DNA of 63,530 nucleotides, filler included, from Octopus bimaculoides (lineage: Eukaryota), in assembly GCF_001194135.2 (NCBI RefSeq). It is 6 parts of 5 records of this genome, joined end to end, with 100 filler letters (N's around TTAATTAATTAA, not from the genome) between each part and the next. Parts side by side here need not be neighbours in the genome. Positions count along the whole stretch, not along the records: positions 21,580 to 47,372 come from NC_068983.1; 5 more parts are not named here. The stretch is one strand, 5' to 3'. Both the position numbers and the translations under genes were made by a program. Shown here piece after piece: positions 35,474-47,260 of this stretch; position 1 is the stretch's first letter, and each line of letters starts with the position of its first letter. The notes under the pieces are model-generated. The model did not search any database. It saw only the letters and a program-made list of their open reading frames with translations, and was not told the origin of the DNA.

Positions 35474-37102
35474 GTAAGACATTTGCCTAAGGTGTCACAC
35501 AGCGAGACTGAACCCAGAACCATGTGGTTTGGAAGTCTGGAAGCAAGCTTCCTGACACAGCCATATCATATATATATATATGTATATATATATTTATGTG
35601 TGTCTGTCTGTGTTTGTCCCCCCATTATCATTCGACGACCAGTGTTGGTGTGTTGGTGTCTCCATAACTATTTACTTCGGCAAAAGAGACCAATAGAATA
35701 AGTACTAGGCCTACAAAGAATAAGTCCTGGGGTCGATTGGTTTAAGTTAGTGCTCCAGCATGGCCACAGTCGAAATGAAGGAAAGAATAAAGGAAGACAT
35801 ACAAATATATACATCACCATTATCATTATCATCATCATTTAAAGACTGCCACCTATGCTGGCATGGGTTAGACAATTTAACTGGAGCTGGCATACACTAT
35901 TGTCTGCTTTGACATGGTTTCTACAGCTGAATGTTCTTCCTAATGCCAACCACTTTACAGAGTGGACTGGGTGCTTTTTATCACCATCTGTGTATTATGC
36001 TATAACTATATATACTGCTGAAAGGCATGATGCTGTGGTTTTCATCTGAGAGATAATCTATTCATGGGCATGTTATATTAAATGTTCAATACATATAAAA
36101 GCAAGGCCAACATCTTTGCAGCAGTGAAGTTACCAATTGTATTGGAAGAGAAAAGGTAGATTTTTTTCACCTTTTCAACTAGTTCATAATAGCATCTGCC
36201 AGCCCAGCCCAAGACAAAATACTCTTGTCTCCCCTACTTTCATGGTTCATATTGTTTGTTCCCCAGGTCCTGTTCTCACCATTTTCCTCATTTCTTTCAC
36301 CCCAGAGCATGAATACTTTGATATACTCTCCTTGGTTTCATTGGGTGTAGAGGTGGGGGTGGTGCAGAAATCCTGACACTGGTCTATTCTGCTAATTAAG
36401 TTATTAAAAAGAAAAATTATTTAACATAATATTGATTATTAATCTTTGATAGTGAGAACAGAAAGAAAAAAATATTGGATTTGTTGTATTTTGCTATTCA
36501 GTATAGTAACTCATTATTCTGAGTGTAAACATCATTGGCAATTGACTTCCTTTCATTCTCTAAGGTCAATAAAAAGATAGGTACTAACAAAGGAGGTGGT
36601 GGAATAGAGAAGTTTCCAAGTGTGGCATTTAAACTACACTCAGTGTGTGTGTGTGTGTGTGTGAAAGCAACATCTGCTTTTGGTTTTTGATGTTTGTTTA
36701 CAGTGAAATTTAAATATTAGTTGAGTCTTTTCAGGTTGTGATTCTCATAAGGTAACAGCACTGTTTCAAGTCAATAAGAAAGAGCACTTCTTAGTTGTTT
36801 GACTGCTTAGAAACTGCAGCCAAATCTCAAATCATTCTCTACTGTTTTCAAAAGAGGAAAGATACAATGGACAAATTAGCCCTTGAATAAACAAAATGAT
36901 AGTCCTCTCTAGGATGTTTTTCATTACAAAATCTGCTCTGTCAGAGCCAAACTGGAGTTTGGCAACAATGGCAGTGGTGTTATTTTATTTGCAGGCTAAT
37001 AAAGGAACTTCTATGCAGTGAAAAAGGAAAGATAAAAGTGGTCGTCTTTGGAACATCTTTGAAGATAGATCAGAGCTTATATGGGGCTAATTGATTCAGC
37101 TC

Positions 37103-37323
37103 TTTACTCTTTTACTCCCATTTACTTGTTTCAGTCATTTGACTGTGGCCATGCTGGAGCACCACCTTTAGTCGAGCAAATTGACCCCAGGACTTATTCT
37201 TTGGAAGCCTAGTACTTATTCTATCGGTCTCGTTTGCCGAACCGCTAAGTTATGGGAACGTAAACACACCACCATCAGTTCTCAAGTGATGTTGGAGGGA
37301 CAAACACAGACGCACAAACATGT

Positions 37324-37355
<32 letters not shown>

Positions 37356-37524
37356 ATATATACGACGGGCTTCTTTCAGTTTCCGTCTGCCAAATCCACT
37401 CACAAGGTTTTGGTTGGCCCGAGTCTATAGTAGAAGACACTTGCTCAAGGTGCCACACAGTGGGAATGAACCCGGAACCATGTGGTTCGTAAGCAAGCTA
37501 CTTACCACACAGCCACTCCTGCGC
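37103..37524 (-). mobile_element. SINE family A
   Basis: Full-length reverse complement. Confidence 0.85.
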
Positions 37525-38234
37525 TGTATATTTTGATTATCTATTACTTCTTGCTACTGTAACATATTCCATTGTTTTTCAACTCAGATATATTTGAAAA
37601 TGTACATCATCATCATCATCACTGTCGTCATTTAAATGTATTCGTTTTTGTGCTTGCTTAGATCAGATGTGAGTATATTTTAGCAGAGTTTTCTATGGCC
37701 AGATGCCCTTCCTGATGCCAACCCCCACCTGTTTCAAAGTCAGGTAACAATCTCCCAGTCTATCAAACAGCCTGGACATGTTTATGGGGAGAACCAGATA
37801 AGTGTTTTTGTTTACAAAGATCTTGCAACATGTCAAGAAGTTTTGAACATGTTCTCATGACTATATTAGGGTTAACTTCATTGATATTATTCTTGATTTA
37901 AGTAATGAGCTATATCAGCCTTATCATAAACCCAATGAGTGCCTAAGATATGTAGTGAATCATCCCATAAATAATGTGGGTTTTTTTCAAGTGTATGAAC
38001 TAAAAGTCAGAGAGGGATGAGATAAACTACCTACATCAACTTGCTATAAAAGCAGGTAGTAATTTTACCTTGTCCTTATTCTTAGTGCAAGTTTTGAAAA
38101 GTGCAATTCGATTTTAAGTTATTTTTTCAAAGCTATAATGGAAGTGACAAAGAAGCATATTCAGCATATTTTGCTGTATGAGTTCAATAATGGCAACAAC
38201 ACAACAGAAAGTGTGAGGAATAAGACCTATTGAG

Positions 38235-38729
38235 GCAAGTGAAATCAAATCAAAATCGCTGACAGTACTGCCTGATTGGCACTTGTGCCAGTGGAACATT
38301 AAAAGCACATCTGAGTGTGTTCGTTGCCAAGGCCACGGATTGGCTTCCGTGCTGGTAGCACGTAAAAGCACCATTCGAGCGGGATCGTTGCCAGCGTCGT
38401 CTTACTGGCACATATGCTGGTGGCACGTGCAAAACAACATTCAAGCGTGGTCATTGCCAGTGCCACTGCACTTGCTCCAGTGTAAGTAGCACGTAAAAAA
38501 CACCTTTTGACCGTGGTCATTGCCAGAACCGCCTGGCTGGCTCTCGTGCCAGTGGCACATAAAAGCACCCACTACACTCTCGGAGTGGTTGGCGTTCGGA
38601 AGGGCATCCAGCTGTAGAAACTTTGCCAGATCAGATTGAGCCTGGTGCAGCTTTCTGGCTCACCTGTCCTCAGTCAAGCCATCCAACCCATGCCAGCATG
38701 GAAAGCGGACGTTAAACGATGATGATGAT
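38235..38729 (+). mobile_element. RTE LINE 3' UTR copy (sense)
   Basis: Same 3' UTR as 34590-35178, ending GAAAGCGGACGTTAAACGATGATGATGAT. Confidence 0.85.
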
Positions 38730-38813
38730 ACAGTTTCATATTTAAGAGATGAGGAATTATGTACATTATTTATATTTGACGGATATCTGTAGTCATCTTG
38801 TTTGTTGCCCATA

Positions 38814-39240
38814 GGCATATAGCGTAGTGGTTAAGAGCGTGGGCTACTAACCCCATGTTTGATTCCAGGCAGTGACCTGAATAATAATCATCATCATCGT
38901 TTAACGTCCGCTTTCCATGCTAGCATGGGTTGGACGATTTATTTATTGGGACTGGTGAACCAGATGGTTACATCAGGCTCCAATCTGATTTGGCAGTGTT
39001 TCTACAGCTGGATGCCCTTCCTAACGCCAACCACTCCGAGAGTGTAGTGGGTGCTTTTACGTACCACCGGCACGAAAATGATAATAATATCGAAAAATAC
39101 CTTAGGAATGAGAACCCAGGTTCGAAATTTCCCCAAGACACCTGATGAAGGCTAGAAGGTATATCAGCTGAAACATTGTGTTAGCAACAAACAAGATGAG
39201 AACAAATATCCGTTAAATGTAAATAATGTAAATAAATAAT
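38814..39240 (+). mobile_element. tRNA-head SINE family H with hammerhead-like tail, interrupted by an RTE 3' end (38889-39074, minus)
   Basis: A box TAGCGTAGTGG (38820-38830), degenerate B box GTTTGATTCC, candidate TSD ATAATAAT at 38881-38888 and 39081-39088, hammerhead motif at 39137-39182. Confidence 0.78.
39137..39182 (+). ncRNA. Minimal type-I hammerhead ribozyme motif (decayed)
   Basis: GACAC-CTGATGA-A-GGCTA-loop10-CAGCT-GAAAC-ATT-GTGTT: intact CUGAUGA and GAAA cores, stem I GACAC/GTGTT (5 bp), stem II 4 bp. The stem III palindrome is AACATT rather than AACGTT. Confidence 0.6.
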
Positions 39241-41924
39241 GGACGATGATGATGATTTTGGGGAATTGGACAATAAGCATAAGCCAGTGTCAACGGTGGT
39301 TCCAGAAATTAAGAGCCGGAAACTACAGCCTAGAAGATGAGCCTCGTCTTGGAAGATCTGTAGAGCTCGATGAGGCTGTTCTGCAAACCCTGGTGGAACA
39401 AAATCCCATCATAACTGTTGAGGAACTTGCAGAGAAGCTTGGATTTGGTCATTCAATCATCCATCAATATCTGCATGCCATTGGAAAAGCCAGCAAATTG
39501 GGTGAATGGGTTCCTCACAAACTTTCCGAGTCTAATTGCACACAGAGAGTGAATGTGTGCTCTTCTTTGCTGTCATATCTCATGAATGAACCTTTTTTTG
39601 ACCAAATAGTGACTGGTGACAAGAAATGAGTTATCTATAAAAATGTCAAGTGTCAAAGACAGTGGGTAGGGAAAAGAGAAACACCAGCACCTCAGGCTAA
39701 AGAAAGTCTTCACCCACGTAAGGTGTTGCTATTTGTTTGGTAGGATATGAAAGGTTTAGTCCATTTTGAACTTTTAAATCCAAACCAAACAATAACAAAA
39801 GCTAGCAGCTTGAGTAGCTTAACTCTTTAGTCAAATGTAATGCTTATTTGTTCGCTTTATTTTGAATTATTCAAGTTCAAGAGGGGTGTCCACAATATTT
39901 ACTTGTAACTTTGTTGATTTTTTACATACAGATTTGAAAATTTGTCAGTGGGTGCTTATATACCAGTGGTTTATATTTATGTAATTTTAGCTGATCTTTC
40001 TGAGTAAATTTGACTTTTATGGGCAGGTCAATTTAATTAACATTTGTAAAAGCAATAACCTTATGGATAAACATTAAAATTGAAATTCTTAATGCATCTT
40101 CCCTGTTTGATTTGTTACTAAAATTATCCCAGATGTCAGCCGCCAACAATTTTGCCACTTTTCAAGATATAATTAGTACAAGATTTTATTCTTTCTCTAT
40201 ATTTTATTCAAACATTTTCATTGAAAATAACATACAAAACTCTTTTACTAGTCAATATACCATTAATTATGTACTCTTATACAGTTTAATGAATACATTT
40301 ACATAACAGAATGCATCTATTAAAAAAAAGCTCATTAACAGGCGAAATAAAGGTGAATACAGGTGTGTGACATACTGAAAATTTATATGTATTTCTCACT
40401 TTCACATGTTTGTAATAAAATGAAAGGTATATAACAAACAAAATGTAGTTATGCCATATTTTCTATCATGAAACTGTCCAAAGCACAAGGGCACTTTGCA
40501 AAACAATCCATATACCTAAAGAAATAAGTTGGAAGGGAACATATATACCAGTACAGGTACATACTGGTATGCATGTACATGGGCGCATGTACACACACAC
40601 ACATGTACAAACATAGGTATAAATTATATTTCAATTTAAGTTTATTTTATTCCATGAACAGGAATTGCATTTTCCTTTACTTTCTTTTATTCATATTAAT
40701 TTACCCACATATAATATAACCCATTATTCATCATTATTACTATTACTATTATTGAATTGAAATAAAAGGAATAATTTTAATGCATGCATAGTAAACATGT
40801 TTATATATTCTGTATATTCCAAAAGTATCTTAATATAATCCTTACTGTACTCTGAAAATCCTGATGATTTTCCTTATAACATATTTAAAATGCAAAATTA
40901 TATTTTGTAATTTCAATCTTATTTGAGAAATGAAATAATTGTTGGTTAATATGTTGATTAATTAATAAATTAGAATTTGTATCCATTAGATCTCATTGTT
41001 TTCTAACTATATATATAGATGTATATGTAAATATGCATACCAAAGTAAGTACATAAATGTGAGAAATACTGGAGGTAGAGTAACATGCTCTATTATTATT
41101 AAACCTGCAGAAATATCACAAAAAGCTACTACTCAGAGTTTCACATTCCCATTTGTCAGACAATCTAAACTGTCTCACAAACAGGAACGTGAAACTCTGA
41201 GTAGCAGTTTTTTTGTAATGTTTTTGCAGCTTTAATAATACTAAAGTATACAGTGTTGCCATTTAATTTAAGAACACCAGTATACTAATGTTAAAATGGC
41301 ATTTTTTATATATTCACATTGTAAATTGTGAAGATGTATATCAAAATAAAGAAAATTTCACTAGCTTTAATATGGTATGCAACTTTACAGCATAACATCA
41401 ACATATTAATTTTAAATTAAAAATAAACTTTATTTTGCATAATTTATGTTACCACTTAATTTAAGAACAATTTGCTTTTTTTTTTTGCCTTATTAAAGGT
41501 CGGGTAATTTGCATGTTGTTAACAATTTTAAAGTTACTGAATAGTTGTGATGGGTAAGAGACAAAACTTAACACCAGAAACCAAGGCGGGGATTGTTCAG
41601 CCACTACGTCAGTTTCATTGGATATTCTCCATGTTTCTTTTGGTCTACCACACTTCTGTTTCCCTTGAGGTATCCATTGGAGGGCTTGCATTGTAATGTT
41701 TTCTGCTCTTGATCTGGGTTTTGATAGGTTGCAGGCTCACCTTTCCCAACAAGGCTTTGTTTATGAGTCTGTCTTGCCACCTTTCCAACAAATTCTTCCT
41801 CGGATTCTTTTAAAATAAAATTAACTTTGTGGATAAGACAATATCACAAAAATTATCTCACACACTTTTTAAATATTAAAGAAGTATCTGATAAGGAGAA
41901 TTTAACTTCAAATGCAAATCATAT

Positions 41925-43290
41925 CATCATCATCATCATCGTTTAACGTCCGCTTTCCATGCTAGCATGGGTTGGATGGTTTGACTGAGGACTGGCAAGC
42001 CAGATGGCTGCACCAGGCTCCAATCTGATCTGGCAGAGTTTCTACAGCTATGCCCTTCCTAACGCCAACCACTCCTAGGGTGTAGTGGGTGCTTTTACAT
42101 GCCACCGGCACGAGGATCAGTCTGGCGGTACTGGCAACAACCACGTTCAAAAATGTATTTTTTATGTGCCACCTGCACAGGAGCCAGTTCAGCAGCACTG
42201 GCAACAACTTCGCTTGAATGTTTTTTCACATGCCATCGGCACAAGTGCCAGTAAGGCAACGCTGGAAATGATCACGCTTAAATGGTGCTATTTACGTGCC
42301 ACTGGCACGGAAGCCAGACAGCTGCTCTGGCAATGATCACACTCGGACGGTGCTGTTAGAGCTCCACTGGCACAGATGCCAATGATTTCGATTTCGAACA
42401 ATAACAAAAAATTTGCAATTTTATAAAATATATTGAGCCAATTTCTAAAGATATTTAATTACTTAAGTATGTAGTTCCTGATATATATAAATTTTTGGCT
42501 GTTGAGTTTGATGCAAATAACATAGAAAATGTGCAGGAAGAACTTAGCTGTTAAATTCTATTGTTGATGATTTACTGATGTAGATTATTGATTGTTTTAA
42601 ATCACTAAAATTCCAATATGAGAAGAGTATTGAGTTCTGTTAAGTATCTACAACGGAGAGATGTTAGTCATATTTTAATTGTTCATGTTTGTGTTACGTC
42701 ACTTTTTTTCATATTAAATCTATTTAAACAAGGATGACTAACAATCATCTCAATGACTTCCTTTGCTTAGCTAAATAGTATCATCATCATCGTTTAACAT
42801 CTGCTTTCCATGCTAGCATGGGTTGGACGATTTGACTGAGGACTGGTGAAACCGGATGGCAACACCAGGCTCCAATCTGATTTGGCAGAGTCTCTACAGC
42901 TGGATGCCCTTCTTAACGCCAACCACTCAGAGAGTGTAGTGGGTGCTTTTACGTGTCACCCGCACGAAGACTAGTCAGGCGGTACTGGCAACGGCCACGC
43001 TCAAAATGGTGTATTTTATGTGCCACCCGCACAAGAGCCAGTCCAGGGGCACTGGCAATGATCTCGCTCGAAAATCCTACGAATGCCAGTCAGGCGGTCA
43101 AAATCACTGGAGATCCACAGTATCAAACTTCAACTTGAGCTCAATAATATCTGCTATCTAAAAAACCTTTTTGCTTTATTCTCTGTCATCATCATCATCG
43201 TTTAACGTCCGCTTTCCATGCTAGCATGGGTTGGACGATTGACTGAGGACTGGTGAACCAGATGGCTACACCAGGCTCCAATCTGATTTG
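41925..43290 (-). mobile_element. Three RTE LINE 3' end copies (41925-42400, 42779-43100, 43185-43290)
   Basis: Each starts (ATC)n-GTTTAAC.TC.GCTTTCCATGCTAGCATGGGTTGGA on the + strand. Confidence 0.85.
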
Positions 43291-44099
43291 GCAGATTGGA
43301 GCCTGGTGTATTAATTTGAAAACTCACTCATTTATGTAATGTATAATCATCACTACTATCATCATTTTCATGTCCATTTTCCCATACTGGCATGAGTCAG
43401 AAAAAATTTGTTGAGACAAATTTAGTACTCCCAGCATATGTATTTGTTACCATTCCTCACCTGTTTCCAAGTTAAATATTTCCCTTTTGTCCTTCAAACC
43501 CAAACACCACAATGACCAGACATGTTTTCTCAGATTTGCAAATGAATGACACTGTATATGATGGTGACTTTTATTTGCAAACTAGCTGGCCCCATGCCAT
43601 CAAAAATGACAGCTAATTGTAGTATTTTATATATAAATAAGGTACAAAATCAAGTTTTTAGTTTAATTCTTTTATTACTAAATTTTTTGTGAAAAATCTC
43701 TCTGCAACTAACATCCCTTGACTGCTTGTTTCCTTCAAAAGAATTTTTAACTTTCCTTCCTTCTTGTATGACTTAAGGCCACATAAAGCTGGCCGTGACT
43801 AAATACGGGATAGAATATGGATGGTAAATTAAATTAATACACTCGTCAATGTTATCTAGTGGTTGTCCTTTGAGATGTGACATCGATCATCGTTTGTTAC
43901 TGAAAGAACGCTGATTCACACTACAAACATTTACATACTTCCCTTGTACATACACACACATACATATACTGACACAGTTGAAACGCTGTTTGATTTTTCT
44001 TTTCAGTGTTGAATGTTCACCATCCCACTTCCATTCACATGCACACACACACAAACATTCGCATTCCTCTGAGATACAACAGCTTCAGGTCTGACTACA

Positions 44100-44330
44100 C
44101 CAATTTGTGACAACTCCTTGGTCTCCTTCTTTCACAGGTTCCATTCATGTCAGGTATGGGGTCTTGGGCTTACTCCTGGCTAAATACTATTCCTGCAGCC
44201 ATCTTATTAGGAAGATGGCATCAGTAGGACTTCTTCCTGTCACAAAACCAAACTGCATCACCCTAATCAATTGCACTGTAACTCTTGGTTAAATTCACAT
44301 CTGATTGAACTGTTTATTACTTCTGTATTT
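44100..44330 (-). mobile_element. RTE-type reverse-transcriptase fragment
   Basis: Minus strand reads QFGFVTGRSPTDAIFLIRWLQE*YLARSKP. Confidence 0.7.
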
Positions 44331-45599
44331 GTCTCTATCTAGTGCTAGTGCATCTCTTTTGCTCTCGTAGCAGTTAATGATGATGATGATGGCAACTATT
44401 GATTGCCATGCAAATAAAAGTAACTTCCAAGTTTCTAAAGGCTGGATATATTTGCTCTACGATATCACTCAGTTTGCTAGAAATAGTAGATGAGTTTGGA
44501 ATATATTTAATGAACCAAGACATTTGAATTAAAATTACACCTATAGTGAGGGGAAAACATTAGCAAAGTGATTAATTCTGGGTAAGAAAGACAAAGTAAG
44601 ACAACTTATGAAGTTTTAATTAAGAAATAGAATGTAGTAAGAAAATGAGCCTGAACTTTGTACTGTGATAACTTGACGTTTTGGCCCAAGATGACTGAGA
44701 GATATTTAACTGTAACTGTTTAAGTTTACACCTTGCAAATTTGGCCAACCTATACTGAGGTTACATCATTCTGATATATGTTTATAGACAGTTTCTTGGT
44801 CATATCAAATCACATATTCTAATCCCCAGTATATTGTCAGACTGAAAGAATCAGCTAAACTATAAACAATAATGTGATAGGTAATGAGCTTTATTCTAGC
44901 TTACCATAGGATACATACAGATACAGGGGCTTGGACCAATAGTCATTGTGAATTCTAGAGCAAATTCGTGGGTTTTAAGTGATAAGAACTAAGGCTCCTT
45001 TATTCCCAGACCTGGTCTTATAGTGTACTGATTCTTGCACCTTTAGAGTATCCGGGAGTTAAAACAGAAACATGACTTTGAAGTCTGACAGACATTCAGT
45101 TCTTTTGATGGCCTCTGCTGCTCAGCTATTGTATAAGTTTGCTGTCTCCTAGTTATTCTGCATATCTGATGTTTATATCAATAACTGTCAGCTGTGTAAA
45201 TCTCTGTTTAGTCATGCCAAGCACCAGATGGTTAGAGAGTTGTTGTTTAACTTCAGATCAGCTGTGATAGCGCAGACATATAGCCTACAGATAGTTGAAC
45301 AAATGTCTTGAAGTGATCTTATTGTTGAAGATATAGCACACCTCCAACTAGTTGTCTTTTGTGTGCATTCTGTACACTGTCAACATGTTATTCATAGAAT
45401 CAGGATGTCAGTCTGAATACCTTGCATTCTCTCCATTGTCCAGTTTATTTCTGTATGCCTGTTGTGTTGTTGTTGTTGTTGTTTAGCCTCTTATAAAACT
45501 GGACTATGATCAAAAACACTCAAGTTGAGAGCAGGCTTATGATTCAGTCATTTCAGTTAGGACCTTTCTATAATTTTGTTTACCAAATACAAAGATCAC

Positions 45600-46440
45600 A
45601 TTATACAATGTACTCAACCATTTTTTTTAAGCTGGTAGATTTGTGGTAGACTTAGCTATTATTTTTAGCAGGTTGAGTGACCACATAGAAGATACTTTGT
45701 TGACTTGGGGAGTAAATGTATTTTTTAAATTTGTTTTGGGATAAGTTTCCTCATTGATTGTTTCACATAGTGCAGTTACATCTGGAAAATGTTGGGAGGA
45801 TATGAGTGTGATACCATCTTTGTATGAGGTTGTGTATAATGTATGAAATAGTGGAAAGATTGCATATGTTAAAAATACTGAGTGAAATGATGGATTCTTG
45901 TAGTAATCCATTAGACTTGTTCTTTTTATAGAAAGACATGGCCACTTGTAGGATAGTTTGCTAGCTGGTATTTTGTGCTATTTCTAAAAGTGTCAAGCAT
46001 ATTCAGTGTAGGTGGATAGTAGGAATAGTTGAAAAACTTTGCTGATATCAATGACAGAATGGTAAATCTGTACTGTATGTAATGTTGGAAAGAGAGGAAT
46101 TTGTAGTTTAGTGATGAGGCGGATGAATTTTTATGGAATTTCTGAGGGTACATATAGGGATGGATGTGCGAGGATGTTATCCAGTTTTCTAATTATGGAG
46201 ATCTGGCAGTGTTGGTATGAGAAGTTGTTGCTATTAGTAAGTTCAATAATTCCTTCTGGCCCTGAGGTTTTAAAGTTTTTTTAATTTTCTCACAGCATTC
46301 CTGGTGCCTCAAAGAAAGAAGAGGTCAGAATTATAATCCAGATAGAAAGTATGATGGGCTATAAACGTAGCATAGATGGTTGTTAGTCTTTTGTTGCTTT
46401 GTGAATATGTATCTTGGTGTGGTTGTGGACAGGATACTGA
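45600..46440 (-). mobile_element. Highly decayed Penelope-like element fragment (RT thumb to GIY-YIG region)
   Basis: Broken-frame remnants resembling YTKPTN..Y..Y.S.SY and C-x2-C-x3-YVGET. Recognition by eye only. Confidence 0.35.
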
Positions 46441-46945
46441 AATATATACCGATAAGATGCTGATTTCAATTCAATACATTGTACTCTCTTTTTAAAAAAT
46501 GCCTTGTGCAAGTGAAAAAAGAGAAGATTGTCGAAGATGGTAGATAGCTATGCTACCAATAAGCCCAGTCATTGAAAAATAATGTCATAGCATAATGATA
46601 TAAATGCAAAAATGCTGGAAAGAGAAGGTTTTTAAACCCTAATGAGTGTTTCACATTTTGTTTGTTACCCAGATACCAAAGCATTGTATACTATTGAGTT
46701 TTGGCACTTAAATCAAATGAACAATTTTCAGTTACAGATCTGTTCCACATATGCACATGCGATGTGTTTCTGTGTCACTATCAACTTCATCTTTCAATGA
46801 AAAAAAAATACTGAGATGAAAAAGCAGTTATAAAATCTAGTTACAAAGAGTAGACAACAATCTCATGTGACCAATACAGAAGTGAACAATGTTGTTTATT
46901 TAATTTGTCTTTCAGTTCATAGTTGTAGGTTCATGGTCCTGTTAA

Positions 46946-47260
46946 TCTATATATATAAAAATGAGAATGTGTGTATGTGTGTGTGTGTATCCCTAAAACT
47001 CGAGAACTACGCAACCAATTTCATTCAACATTTACACATGCCTTACTTAGGGTTCCGGTTGTGTTTTAGTCAAAAAAAATTTTTAACTTCTTGCAGAGTT
47101 CGAGCCCACGGCAACATAATATCTCCTCCACTATTTAAGTATTACGTGTCAAAAGTGAAACAAAAACACTCATGTCAAATACTTTCACTTTAAAAATGAA
47201 ACTATTCCACTAACTCAAACAATCACATTTCGATATTGTAATGACAGATACTTTCACTTT
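46946..47260 (+). mobile_element. Non-autonomous Helitron-like 5' end
   Basis: Begins A|TCTATATATATAAAAATGAGAATGTGTGT, the typical start of animal non-autonomous Helitron/DINE-type elements. 3' end not seen (gap). Confidence 0.5.

Larger units (their letters stand above)
38138..39800 (+). pseudogene. Mariner transposase pseudogene split by nested insertions (38138-38222 and ~39259-39800)
   Basis: MEVTKKHIQHILLYEFNNGNNTTESVRN, then TISISQCQRWFQK..SLEDEPRLGR..WVPHKL..IVTGDKK*VIYKN..LHPRKVLL..W*D. Two Trp codons are mutated to stops and the distal catalytic region is deleted. Confidence 0.9.

Noticed and set aside
36125-37040. AG|TGAA candidates for DAP exon 2 (36125, 36704, 37019)
   Set aside because: They give VKLPIVLEEKR*, VKFKY* and VKKER*: early stops and no GGMR motif.
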